From: Ramazzottius varieornatus
Taxonomy: Eukaryota; Animalia; Tardigrada
Length of the DNA: 64,000 nt
NCBI GenBank assembly: GCA_001949185.1
Contig: BDGG01000019.1
Span: forward strand, 399,231-463,230
Direction of reading: 5' to 3'
Part shown: positions 13,881 to 27,500 of the stretch, piece by piece
Numbering within the stretch: the first letter of the stretch is position 1
Layout of the letters: each line of letters opens with the position of its first letter
Made by a program: the position numbers and the translations under genes
Notes under the pieces: model-generated
Seen by the model: only the letters and a program-made list of their open reading frames with translations
Databases searched by the model: none
Told to the model about the DNA's origin: nothing

Positions 13881-16404
13881 TAGGCCCAAAGTCTCTTGAC
13901 CATTGCATTTTGAGGCATACGCAATTTCCGTCTCGGTGACTTTCGGAGAGCGTTTCGTTGTTTGAGGATTACTGTACGTTCATAGTGTACGCAGACTATA
14001 GATCCTATATTCTATAAGATTTGACCATGGTGGGATTTCTTACCGTGTTTCGAGCATCAGAAGCGTAAGAGGTAAAAGGAGTATCCTCAGTCGAGCGAAC
14101 AGGAAAGTATGGGACAGTCGGGCTCCGATGAGTGTACACGTCTACGGACAAAAGGGGAACAAGTAAAAGAGCCGGCAGCAGTTCCTGACGGTTGATAAAA
14201 AGTGAACGTTGAACTGATGGCGTTGTCGCAATATCTTCTTCCGTGACAGCAGAGAAAGAACTAGACATAAAATGCAAATAAAAATTCTGGGCATATGCTA
14301 AGTTGCGTTCACATATGCCAGGGACCTTCGCGCCTGCGATATCCGAGCTGACAACAGAAGACTAAATTATAAAGGCGCCCAACCGGCAATATCTATACCC
14401 GTGCTTCTTCTCTGTAAATGCATGGACATACATACAACTTTTTCAATATACAGCCTGTCGGCAAAAGTTGTGTAACGATTGCGAAGGTTAATGCCCGCGC
14501 AGTTCTTCAACGCAGTATGTCTCTGGAAGAGACCTTCACAGTGTACCAACTTAGGCAGTTAATCTGCAGAAAAGGCCTATCTACCGCTGCCAACTGTACG
14601 CAACACCAAAGCCTGTCTATGATGTACAGAAACGCTGATGGCTGGGAATCACGTGCCCAAGCATTGCACGGCCTGTCGCAGGTTCAAACGTTGCTATGGG
14701 GATCTCGATGAGCTCCGCAAACACCGCCGCGCAACCATTGTGGAACCCGACGACAGTACGACACTTTGCTACTTCCGCGCCGCCATACCAGTGGGCCGAA
14801 ACCTGCGCAAAAATTCCCAGGCCCAGGGGACACTACGGCTAGTGGACATCCAACTGTTCAGAAGAAGTATGAATCCGCCCTCTCCGTGATCTGATATTTT
14901 CTTTCAAGTGATTTTGACTTTAAGACTACTGAGGACTGGTAACTGCAATGGTAATCCTGATCAGCACGAGAGGAACCGTAAGTTTGGGAAAGCGAAGAAC
15001 CGTTGTGCCACAGTAGCGGGTTCAATCAAGCGTTCAAAGCGTACTTGTGTACAGTACAGAGGTTATCTTGTCAGGATGGCTTCTTTTGGGTTTCCATGGA
15101 GCTCATAGGACAACGGTTGCATTTGCGGACATTCGACTCGTGCTTGTTGCATAAACCAAGGACGTACTTGCTCAGAACTTGCTTCCACTGTGCGCAACCT
15201 TGATGTCAGATTGGATTGCCAACAGGGAAAGGACCTCTAGACTGCTGAAAACCGTGCAACGTTCACTTCGTCGTACAGTGGCGCTCGTAGTATACACTGT
15301 GTAAATTTGTGACAGGCTCAGTACGTCAGACGCGATGACAGTCAATTTTCAGAGTTTTGAGAAGTACCCTACGCTATTTTTGATACTAGAAAGAACCCTG
15401 GTTGCGGGTTATCTGCGGGTGAAAATAAACCAGCGGGCCTTGCCAGACCTAAAGGTGAGACATTTTATGGTCCGATCAGATGTCAAGTGTATTTTGGACG
15501 TTGAGTATAACATCAGTAGCAGGTGCATAAGGTGACCGATAAGAAGAGACCGCGGGAAACCGTCAAGCGTAGCGCCAAAGTTGTACCGCCCTTTCCTTTG
15601 TTTTCAAATCTATGCGGAAGCACGACTGCTCTGTGCCGAAAGACAAAACAAGAAATAACCGGGATGTAATCGTGTTCTAGTGCAATCGGTCATGTACATT
15701 ACAGCTAAAGAACAGGGTACAATGGCTCTTTTCCGACAATTCTCCTTGTCTGTTCCCCAAAGTCCGCCGTTTTTCTGCGAATGTTCTACCGGTATTTTGC
15801 GGGCTTCTCGGCCAGTGGCGCACTGGCGCCCAAAAAAAGCTGTAAAAAAGCACTGGTATTGACAGTCCGAGCATTCCGCTTTTCAGCATTCCACTCGTAA
15901 GTGGCTTTACGCCACGAACCTCATGCTACAGTACGTCAAGTAGATGGCTACGAGGTAGAGTTCAGTCAACCACGCTGGACAAAGTCCGAATGCAGTAGCA
16001 GATGTCTGATGATGTCTGGTCGCTTATGGCTTCCAACGATAGTTCATCATTCCCCGTGGTCGTTGAAGTATGAAAGTGAACATTTTTATGTAATCTATGC
16101 GTCGCTTTCGATAACGTTGCATGGTCCAACGCATACCTTGTGTGAGCTATCTTGAGCCTTGCATTTTCACCTCGTAAAGTGACGTGAATGTACCAGGAAA
16201 TGATGAGCACCCGAGGTCGTTTCTGTGATGTTATCATCGGCAAACTACATCGAAGAAACTGAGATTTTGGCGCTGAAGGTCGACGGCATTCCTTTTGGGC
16301 ACATACTCAGATTAATGACCGCGCTGAAGGAAGAACCATACAGGTTTCAGTACACTGTGTACTGAAAGTTTCTCCATCTGCTGGCTAAACATTCAGTATT
16401 TGCA

Positions 16405-16600
16405 AGTTCGGCAAATGGATTTGAGCTGATCGTTTTCCCAAGAGGCGCAAAACCCCAGCAAATACCAGCGGAAACATGCGCCATTCGCGCACACAAGTGC
16501 GAGCAGATCGTCTTCCAAGTGGCGCAAGCCTCGGTACATTGGTTAGAAGTAAAGGCTTGCGCCACCTGGGAAACGCTTTGTTCGAGTTTGTTTGGCGCTT
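16405..16600. repeat. Palindromic repeat family copy, two hairpin units
   Basis: TCGGCAAA..GATCGTTTTCCCAAGAGGCGCA..TGCGCCA..GATCGTCTTCCAAGTGGCGCAAGCCT..AGGCTTGCGCCACCTGGGAAACG..CGAGTTTGTTTG. Confidence 0.85.
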
Positions 16601-17189
16601 CCGTTTTCAGCTAATTCGATGTTAATTATTTCGTGCTGAATTTACAATAGGAGCCATTGAAGATCGAAGGTTGCAGTTCGAGCTCTTGAGATACAGCGCG
16701 AAAGAGTAAAACTTTTTCGGTGAGGTGAATCACGATATTAAAATCCATCTTAATGATTTCACCCAGAGTAAGCCGGCTATTGAGACAAGTGTCAAATGAG
16801 TGGGGAACTTTTCTAGCCGAATATGACCTGCATATGTTTCAGGTGCTGACAGGGCTTCCGGCATGGGGGACCTGCGCATGCGCGGTTTCCGGGAATAATG
16901 CACTACATAATAGACGTCGAAGATTAAAGATGAGTTCAACAGCTGAGGAAAAAAACGTCTGTGACGGAAATGTCAGTGGGATTATCGCGTCAGCGGGACC
17001 AGGTTCCCTCTTTTGAGCGTGACAGACCTTGACGCCGGTGCTTAACAGCTGGTCTTCAAGTCTCGCTCGGTACGAGTAAACCTCCGGCCAGAATGGCGTC
17101 AATTAATATTGCCGCCTCTCACAGCCCATCAGCTTCTAGCTCTTCTTCACAAATGGTCGTGACCAAACTCAGAAGATGATGAAATCCCG

Positions 17190-17335
17190 GCAGACAAGCT
17201 CGACTGGATCGTTTTTGTTTGGGGCGCACGCTGGCCGCTGATAAACCTGCGCCACTTCACAAAAACCGACCAACTTGACAAGATCGTTTATTCGAAGTGG
17301 CGTTTTACTCCATAAAGCAAGTCTTCTTGCCGAGA
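17190..17335. repeat. Palindromic repeat family copy
   Basis: CGGCAGACAAGCTCGACTGGATCGTTTTT..GGCGCACG..TGCGCCACTT..AGATCGTTT..AAGTGGCG..TGCCGAG. Confidence 0.75.
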
Positions 17336-18188
17336 ATATACTCGAATGATGATAAAGAACACTCTGCGCAACCAGGTAACATCGATCGTTTATCAACGAT
17401 GTTGTTTCAAATAGGATTTTTTTTGTGATGCTGGAAAACTGTTCTTCGCTGGATTTTCTTGCGCTATTTTGATGGCGTGTGGAGAATGCATGCTTGGCAT
17501 TACCTCATTTGTTCCACAGTAATTACGGTCATGGTTGCGGCAGGCGCACAAACTGGTGAAAAACGTGTGAGAGCAGTGATGTGGAAGAGCAGCACTGCGT
17601 AGGAAGGAGTGTACGGGCGAGCGTTGACGCGGCATCCATGGCAACGATCAACGCACTCTGTGCAGTCATGGTCAGTTACGTAAACGACGTTGAGAGAACA
17701 AGAGCGAAAGCAGGCAAGTACCCTAGCTAGCGACCTTGGCTGACTACCAGGAAGTACTTGGAGGCAGTACTGCAACGGTTATTGCATCGTTCTCGGTGTC
17801 AGAGCAGTTTTTGACGGCTTTGCAGCTTCCGTCATGGCATGTCATACTGCATCAATCTCGCCGGCTGGGACGTTTTACCAGCGAAAGTAAATGCGGATTA
17901 GCGTACGACAACTTGACAAACAGCAACATCTGTAGTGCTGGAAATCACTCTCCTGAATCCAAGTGTAACCAAAACGCTTAGGAAATTTTGGAGGCATCCT
18001 TCCTGCTTCACGCTTTTAGATGAACGAAAATATTTCATATTGCACACAGAGAAAATTCGACATTTAGAGCCAGTAAATCATTTTGAGAGGAACGTTTAAG
18101 CGGCTGTAGTTTTTCTCTTGAAAATATGTTTTTTTATGCCGCGTAATGTTGATAGTGTCTGGGTATGGAATGAATGTTAAAGAACCTA

Positions 18189-21100
18189 CTATAGACGATG
18201 TTCTTTTTCTCGGAAATGATTCTGCCCTTCGGAGCGGACTTCTTCCTCTTCAGGGGACTCGATCACATCTTCCAAGCCAGGGCGTGGCACCGGCGACTGT
18301 GGCGCCAGTCCGTTGGTGTAAGCGTGGAGAATGCCGTTGCTGTTACCGTCCACAATGCTCTGCAAAAACACAGTATGAGATATGCCATCAGCGACATCAA
18401 ATGCCGATTTCGCTCCAGCCAATTACCAATTAAAATTTACTGAATGCAGTAAAAACAGAATTTCGCTCGTGCATGCATAGGACACGAAATTTTAGGCCTC
18501 TTGGGCATAATTTCAATTCCTCCTGATGTACCAACGTAGCTCACCTAATAACTGCAATTACTCACTCCCCCACTTGCAACGGCCAGATTTTCTACGTTAT
18601 TCTCAATATAATCCTGCTCGCTTGCACTGCTTACGGTAATATCTTGATAGCGTCGTTTTCAAATCTGTCAGGTGTTCCAAATGCCCCTAGTCTAGTCAAC
18701 TTACCAGTTTGGTATGAGTGGAAGGCTTTTGAAACTTATGCGAGTTGACAGCGTACAGCACGGCATCGTGGACCGTCACGAACACCTGGAACTCCTTGAT
18801 GAAGTCATTCGCTCCACACTGATACAACGCATCCCGAACCGGTTCTACAAAGCGCAAAGCCACATTGTGACGAGGTGGAATTTCAAAGCAATAATTTAGC
18901 CACAAAATGAAATAAAACACAAGTCTTACTGTTGGTGCAGGCCAGAAGTAACTCTACGCCAATACTCTCACATTCACTCTGAATACGCTTGAAGAAACCA
19001 ACCGCCGTCACATCGACGAAACAAATCTCTGAGCAGTCGACAATGATGTGTTTAATCGGCTGGTCCTGTCCTTCTCCCAGGATGCCTTCCTGTTCGAAGA
19101 CCCGTCGTTGGGTGTTGTGCAGTTCCTCCATACTAATGGTGGGGGCGCCACGGTAGCGAGAGGAACCCTTGGTGCCGTCTTCGTCGTCGCTGTCGCCCAG
19201 TTCCAAGTTCAGGGCGTAAGCATACTTGTTCTGGTCGTCCGGGGCAACGTCGAAGGAGGCCGGGGTGATGAGTTCCTTGACGGGGTGTTCTTCGCGCCAT
19301 TTAGCGATGAGGTTGTTGAGGTCGGCTAGTTGGTAGATCCGACCTTGGATGTAGGCGACGTTGGCAAAGTAGATGGGAGAATCAATTCGGACAATCTTCA
19401 CACCAGGAACTTCAATTGCCTAAATGCAAAAAGGGGGAAGTTAAAACTTGAACGAGAAACAAGGTTAACTCACATATCAGCAAAAGAAGCGCGTTTATCA
19501 TCGCTGTGCCACTTAGTGGCGCACGTATTCATTATTACTAGCTGTAAAAGTTCGTCACCCAACTTAGCGATCCGATTTTGTGTACCGATACAGGTGAAGC
19601 TATGGCAATCCTGCTGCGCTTACCGTTTTGTATACGTCGGTTCGGCGGTAAATATCCGTACCGGGAAGTCTGCCCAGTGCGCCAATCTTCGGCTTCTGTA
19701 GGCGCAACATGATGGTGATGATGGCCCAGCCAACGCCCAAACCCAGACCGATATCCACATCCAGGATTAGCACGCCCAAGAACACCACCAGGAAAATGGA
19801 CTGCGCAACACACGGGGAAACATGATCTAGCTGCATTCCGTTCAATTCACATGTCGAGACAGTGAGGAAAGACATACCCAGTCGTATAAGGACAGCTTCC
19901 ACAGCCTTCCCAACTGCAGCACCTGCGCCAGCAAGTGAAAGACAGAAACCATAACGATGGCTCCCAGCACGGGTTTCGGCAATGGCTCTAAGAACTTCCC
20001 CAGCGCAAGTAGGACTACCAAATACCAATTTGGAAATTAGTTCCTGTGATATTACCGTTTTGGTTTACCAAGATGTTGAAATGACGGACTAACCGATGAG
20101 GACGATACAACACTGGACGACACTGACGATCTGAGTCTTTCCACCAACGTCGTTCTGTAGGGAAAAGAAACCATTCCAGTGACGATCCACAATGCCGGCT
20201 GCCCGTTTCCGAAATCGTTGCGAGTGAAGGAGAAACCCACCTGGACAGCACTACGAGCCAGCGAAGCACCCGATGGAAAGCACTGGAAGAACGAGCCAAA
20301 GATATTGCCGATGCCTTGAGCTTTGAACTCTTGGTTGGGATCGATCCTGTAACCGTGCTTGGACGCGAACAACATACCTGAAACATATGCATTCATTAAA
20401 CAATCGACTTTCGTTCAATGTTCTATTTTACAATGACAGTATGGAAAATTTCCCCATTTGGGACATCGACAAAAGAATCCACTCAGACTGCTTCCCCCAG
20501 CGGCGCAAGCTCTCAGCCAATACCACTGAAAACGCGCGCCGCTTGGGAAAGCAAACTCGGTAAAATCATTTTGTACGTGGCGCGCGATCTCAGTCAGTAG
20601 TACTGGTATAGTGCGTCACTTGAAACGACGATCTAGGCTGCTTCATTTTTCTTTTTTGTCAAAGTGTGCTGCTGAAAATTTTTCAGTTAAAACCTAGAAA
20701 CCCCACCAAGAGTGACAGTAATAGCCAGTCCGACGATGGCGTTTGAGAACGTATCCCCGATGATGTCAGGCAAGACCCCGAAGTCCGGCAACGTCGCTGG
20801 TGGAAGACCCATGGGAATCTTTTTAAGGATGCTGACATGGTAGTTATTCTCCAGGTCCATCTCGTAGGACGCGAGAGTACCGAAAATCACCACCACCAGT
20901 TCGGCGGGCAGCGGCACACGCAACTTGCGCATAATGCGTTTATTATCGTTGATGCCGATTTTGACGATAAGGAGGAAGACCAGACAGATGATACCGACTA
21001 CGAGGGTGGGAATGTGGGTCTGCTTGATTAGCGAGAAGAACTGTATCCATGTCTTGATCAACTTGAAGGAGCCGTAAAACTCCGTCATGGGCAGCTTGAA

Positions 21101-23706
21101 AACGGACTTCAGTTGGGAAGAGAAGACGTGGAAAGCGGCACCACAGGTAAATCTGCAAGCAAAGTAGGAAGATAACAACCATTATAAGTTCATAACCAAC
21201 TACCCGCATAGCATCTCGTTCCACGCTCAATCAGCATGCTTTGACCATTACTTCCTTTACCAGGACCAAAATTTAGAGAAGGAAGCTTTTGCAGTTCTCG
21301 TCGATAGTTTTAGGAATCCATTTCGATCAGAATACGAAAACAGTTCCGAGTAGGATATATGAATAGTTGTAGTGTGTAGGTGCTTGGAAAACAAACGCGA
21401 CAGGACAGTTTTCCCGAGTGACGCACCTTTTAGCGTGTTTTCTCCGAGGTCACACTTTAGGACACGACCTCGGGAAACAAAAGAAAATTTTTTTGCAGTT
21501 TCATGCCAAAAATATATCTAACGAATCCGTTAGATATGTTTTTGGCTCATAAGTTTCGCAAGTTTCGTGAGACGGGCTTCTGCGACTTTCACACGAACTT
21601 GCACACATGAATACGCAAGACTCATTGTCTGAACATACCCTTGGACAAGTTGATCGGAAAAGTAGACGGACATGCCACCAGCACCGATGAGACCGAGGAT
21701 CAGCTGCCAAATCCCCACGAAGAGAGCCGCCGTCGACCCAACTTGTATTGCACCCCATTCGCCCCTCGTGAAGGCGCTGCCGTTGATGATCTCATGAAAC
21801 TCAGGGTTGGTGTACTTGGTTCCGTTGGGGAACGTCAGTTTCTCAGGGTAGGGGTTAGCGTTGAGGACCATGCGGCTCGTCATCATACTAGTGATGGAGA
21901 AGGTACCTGTATGCAGGACATTTTTCCATCATATTTTGCTGTTTTGCCAACTTCAAGAAACTGTGGCTATTCGGTTTTTCTTACCGATAGAACACTGCCG
22001 ACTGGTTCCCATCAGGAAGTAAACGATAATTGGAAAAAACTGTAAAAAGTACAACGTTGTCGTCAGTATTGGTTATGGGGCTCCGCTATTTTTTTCAGAT
22101 CTCGCCTCTTTTGTATGAAATGGATATTTTTATCGTCGTGACTCGTTGTACGACCTGCGACTACCTTCTATCCTTGTAGTGCCCACCACATTCCCTTTTA
22201 CTGGGTACACTGCTTTTCACAGTGCGCTTTGGCTAGATGCACCGCCTGGACACGGTCTTCAGAACGCAGTGTTTCTAAAGGTTGTCGGCGCACGGAAGCA
22301 GGCATTTTTTACGGAGTATAAGGACGTGTCGTATAATAGACGACAAACTTTCCAGGACCCGGGAGTGAAGTGCCGAGCTAATCTTATTGTCCTTTGGACT
22401 TACTTCGTGTTCGCCATCTTTCATACGAAGAAGACCACCACACGAAATCGAAGTCGTAGTGGCTCTCTGCTTCAACACTATCACGGTATAATCTCACTCT
22501 TTAGCTACCACTTTGAATATGAAATATTCTAGTCCGTAAAAAAATGACGGCTTCCGAAATCACTACGCTCTGAAAGTCGTATCCAAACCTTGCCCCTAGC
22601 CAAAAAGCAGTGCACTTGGCATTAACTGTAAGGGAACGTGACGGGCAGTGCACAGAGAAAAGACAGTGCCTCGAACCATTTCTCATTTAATTCAAAACTG
22701 GCAAGAAACAATTACCGAAGTGTACAAGCCGGTGACTGGAGGGCTACAGAAAACAATCAGGTTACTACCGAATTATGTTATCTGATTCTATGTACCACGC
22801 CGCAAAGCAATGTTCAAGGAACATACCATGCGGCCAAGAGAGCGTAAGCCATCCCTGAAACAGCAAACTTAGATTATGCTTCCTGTGCGATAGAATCTTC
22901 CTCTAGTTCGAACGTTTAAGAAGTGACGCACGCTTCCAGTCAATATTACCGAATACGTGCGCCACATGGGAAAACAATCTGGTCGAGTTTATTTGCCCCG
23001 CTCCCAGTCACACATTTAGCGTACCTTGAGGAACGTTGAGAACTCCGACGGTAATCCCTAAGAGGGTGACCTCAGTTAGTTTCAGTGGCACATAATGAGT
23101 TTCGGACTATGGCACCCTGAGACGGGAAATTTGATGAGAAAGGCTCACCGGCAATGAAGTCGGTGATGAGGTACCCGCGAATATTGTAGGTCCGAATCCA
23201 ACCGATGAAGGGGATCCATCGGACCAGACCGCGGTAAAAGGAGCTTGCGTTACATCGCTTGCTTCTGGCCTTGTTGACTGTCCGACGTCCGTAGCTCTTG
23301 ATGGATTCCCAAGGCGTCAATGGGGGACCCGGATCACACAGCCCGTACGTCGCGTCGAAACTGGAACCATCAGAAATATCGTGGGAAAAACCGATTTTGG
23401 AATGTCACGGCTCAGTAAATCTTCGGTTTCTACTCGCATTAAAAACTCAATGGAGATTCTGCTTTGAACGACGAAATGATCATAAAATATTTTTTCCAAA
23501 TTGCTATATTTGACTTTTCCACGAAACACTGCGCTGATTCTTTTGACGTAATTGGTTCGAAAAATTCCTAAAGTGAACTACGTAATGTACCTGGTTTGAT
23601 CGTAGACAGCTCGTGAAACGCGAAGCCTGGCCGGCCCATTCTGCTTTCCCTCCACATGAAAGTCGCCCACAGAGTAAGTTACAGTAGGGTCACTTGCGAA
23701 AGGCAT
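18189..23706 (-). CDS. SLC26 anion transporter (prestin/pendrin-like) paralog A, with STAS domain
   Basis: Exons approx. 23706-23591, 23361-23148, 23057-23025, 22854-22827, 22743-22716, 22039-21985, 21907-21638, 21093-20706, 20377-20240, 20155-20054, 20024-19877, 19801-19623, 19420-18929, 18844-18705, 18359-18189. Motifs [93 protein letters not shown]. Confidence 0.93.
19480..19565. repeat. Palindromic repeat family copy (degenerate) in SLC26-A intron
   Basis: GTGCCACTTAGTGGCGCACG core. Confidence 0.6.
20480..20635. repeat. Palindromic repeat family copy, two units, in SLC26-A intron
   Basis: CCCAGCGGCGCAAGCTCTCAGCCAAT..CGCGCGCCGCTTGGGAAA..GTGGCGCGCG..GTGCGTCACTTGAAACGACGATC. Confidence 0.8.
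21385..21480. repeat. Palindromic repeat family copy (degenerate) in SLC26-A intron
   Basis: AAACAAACGCGACAGG..GTTTTCCCGAGTGACGCACC. Confidence 0.55.
22918..23006. repeat. Palindromic repeat family copy in SLC26-A intron
   Basis: AAGTGACGCACGCTTCCAG..CGTGCGCCACATGGGAAAACAATCTGGTCGAGTTTATTTGCC. Confidence 0.85.
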
Positions 23707-24594
23707 CTTGTCCAGTTGAAAAGCAGATACCACAGCGAAACCACAGCGTTATGCTGGGTCCAATAAGAATTCTCGTAACGAAGCCTTACCACATTGGGAG
23801 GTTTCTGAGTTTCTGTTATCCGTCGTATAGAAAACAAACAACAAGAATACTTCCTACTGACGAGAATTCCGCTGGCTCGACGCCCAAAATATGAAAATCC
23901 ATCACATGCTACTTGGTTTGTTGCAACAATAACCATATCACGCTAAGGTGAGTTTTCCAAAAATTGGTGATAATTCTCGGGAGAATATCAAAAGAAAAGT
24001 ATGTTTATGAGCACAATCGAACGATCGAAGCCTCCGAGCCAAATTGTTTTCGTCGCCGCATACTAGTTTTACCACTTTATCACAGAAGGTGGCTGTGATG
24101 AAGCGATGAAGTGCCTCGTTATTGTCGCTCGAAAAGTGAGAAAAGAGCAAAGCGGATCTTTGCTCATGGCGCTACCTCAGGTACGGATGTATTCATACCA
24201 CTTTGGTTGTTCAGACAGATTTCTTTCGCTATGTAATAGCAAGAGCCCAGACTTCTTTTGTCTTTTCTTAGACAATGCGGATTTAGCGTCACCCTTATTA
24301 CGAGGAATACGAGTGAACAGGCAGGCCGATACATTCAGTCCGACAATCAACTTAACTGCGAACCTTCAGTATCCGAAGAACTTCAAGCTCGATTGTTTTA
24401 CGGGAAGGCATAAAAACATCGAGACCCTGAATATATGAAACAGTGAGTTTTGTGACCGTAGCTGTAAAGTGTGGAGCTAATTGAACAATAAAAAGGTATA
24501 ACTTCGAAGAAATAAAAGTAACTGACGATGAGACACCGAGCTTGCTGATTGTTGAAGACCTCAACGTGGAATTTACAGTAGAAAACTGCCGGTC

Positions 24595-27500
24595 TCAGAA
24601 TTTCTTGTCCGCATCCAGTTTCTCGATCATTTCTTGGCAAGATGGATTCACCTATCAATACATAAGATAAGGTCCTTGCGACTAGGTACTGTTCTTTCGG
24701 AGAAGACAGACGCTGAAGCACGCATACCTCGATAGAAGGTCTTCTACGCTTCCCAGCCCTGGCCTGCATGTTGAAAGCATACAGTACCGCATCATGAACC
24801 GTCACGAACATCTGATGCGGCTGAACGTACTCCAACGCTCGACAAATTTCCAGCATATTCCGAACCGCATCTAAAACCACGAAAACACATCAGCAAGTCA
24901 ACTTGAAACGAGGGCAAATGAATCAGACCAGATCCTATCCCCCAGTGGCGCACACTTCCAACTGATGACAACAGGAAGGTGCGCCACTTGTGACGTGATC
25001 TGGCTCAATTCATCTGCCCACGTCTCATTTCAGAACTGGAATCGGAAGTCTGATTTCTTCATACTGTTTGTATTGGCCAGCAATAGTTCCACGCCAATCT
25101 CTTTACATTCCGAGCAGGTCTTCTTGATGAAAGACACGCCCGTCACATCGACAAAGCACACTTCAGAGCAGTCTAGCACGACGTGGTACTCGGGTATTCC
25201 ACTGCCTTCTTCCTTCGTTCCCAGCTCCAGCTCGTCCTGATCCTTCAAGCTCATGCGATCCACCCTCCGACCTACCGACTGTCGGTCTAACGTGCCGTGT
25301 TCCTTCTCCGGCTTGTATTGGGCCACGTCGGTCTGGGGCTCTTCATCGTCCTCGATGGCCAGGGTGTTGGTGAAGGCATACTTCTGGGCACTGGAGGCCT
25401 CCTCAACGTCGTCGGTGTGCTCTTGGAGCTTCTTGATGGCATCGTTGAGCCCGGCCAGGTTGTACAGACGGGTCTTGATGTAGGCGGCGTTGGCGAAGTA
25501 GATAGGCGCGTCGACACGAACAATGCGGACATTGGGGACTTGGCAAGCCTAAGCGAAAACACAACTTATCAACGGCGGAAAAAATGCTGTGCGATGCACT
25601 TCAGGAACATCGGACTGAAAACATTAGGGACATAGTCGAATGAATCCGCCCAGATCGTTCTTTCAAGTGGCGCGCTCTTTAAGCCAGTAACTGCAGAAAC
25701 GTGCGCCAATTGGAAAGCAAGCCTGACGTGAGAAGATTGGTTTCCCAAGTGGCGCACGCTCTCAGTCACTAACGAAGAGACCGTGCGCCACCAGAGATAA
25801 CGATCTGGATACATTCGTCTGGTGACGCTCCACTTGGAGAATCGGATGACAAACACTCGAAACTGTCATGCACAAAACATCATCCGTGTTTTGAAAATGG
25901 TATCAAGTGGGCAGGACAATCTGAAGGCTTTTTACCGTTGTGTAGACATCGACAGGTTTGTAGAGGTCGGTCCCCGGCATGCGACCCATCCCACGGACTT
26001 TAGGCTTCTGCAGCCGGAACATGACGGTCATGATGGCGTAAGCCACACCAATGCCGACACCGATGTCCACATCAAGAATCAATACTGCCAGGAACACCAC
26101 CAAAAAGATCGTCTGAAACAATGCAATCCCACTAAGTCAGCGTTTACTCATTACGTACGGCAATACAGTATCTGTTCTGATCAGTTTCCTATAGGAAATC
26201 TGGGGAAGACACTTCATCATTTTTCCATGGTATTTCCTTGGTGCTATGCTCTGGTTCGTTCAAAGTCTGCTTACCCAGTCAACGAAAGAAATTTTCCACA
26301 AGTGGTAAAGCTCAGCCACTTGTTCCAGCAAGTGGAACAGCGAGACCATAACAATGGCTCCCAACACCGGACGCGGAAGTGGTTCCAACAGAGGACCCAG
26401 CGCCAGTATGACGATCAGGACGATCGTACACTGGACCAAGCTCACAATCTACAGTACAACCCACACTTCCCATCACCTTCAGTTTTTGTGCAGTACCGGT
26501 CGAGAAGGGAGGAGAGTACCTGTGTGCGGCCTCCACTGTCATCTTGGACAGCACTACGGGCCAACGAAGCTCCCGAAGGAAAGCACTGGAAGAAGCCACC
26601 GACAATGTTGCCGACGGCAAGAGCTTTGAACTCTTGGTTGGGCGAAACGCTGTAGTTGTGCTTGGAGGCGAAGAGCATGCCGAGAGTGACCGTGATGGCG
26701 AAGGTGACTGAAAAGGAAAAAGTCCGAAGTGATAAGTGAGGACAGAGGAAAGAAGGAAGGACGGGGACGGACTTACCGATGGCCAAAGCGAAGGTGTCGC
26801 CGATGATGTTGGGCATGACGGACCAGTCCGGCATGGTGGCCGGTGGCATTCCGCGAGGGACGTGCTTGACAATGGTAACGTTAAACGTTTTTTCAAAGTT
26901 GAAGGAGTAAGAAACAGCTGCTCCGATGATAACCTACGAAGAAGAAAAAAGACACTTGAAAACAAACTGTGAAAAAATGTCATGTGTAGTCCACGTAGTA
27001 TCCCTTTGCTAATGACACATGAACGATTCAAATTGAGACGAGCACGGTAAAGGGAACAGTATAGGGTGGTACATCGGGAGTACAAGACTTTTTCCGGCTC
27101 TCATTGTTTTTAATTCGGGAGATGTCAACCTGGTCAAATCTTTGATATTTGAAACGTCGACAAATGAACTGAACACGATTGTCATCTAAAGTGGCGCAAT
27201 TTTCTATTGTCAACGACCAGAAGAGTGCGCCATTTGCGGAAACGATCATGTTTAAGTCTTTTGCGGCCGCCGCCCATTCACCAGACTTTCGGTATTAGAG
27301 CGAACACAGTTCCTTCTATACTGAAGCATCTGCGTCATACGGCTGAGACTTACAACGACGAGTTCAGCTGGGATGGGAACACGAAGAAACCTCTTGATCT
27401 TTGCATTGGTGTTCAGGAAGTATTTGATGATGATCAGGATGACTGCAGTTACGAAAGCGATGACGATGGCAGCTGGGCGTGCTTGGTCGATCACTTTGAA

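Noticed and set aside
25822-27085. 277-aa (+) and 257-aa (-) ORFs in SLC26-B
   Set aside because: Run through introns in non-coding frames of a recognised gene.
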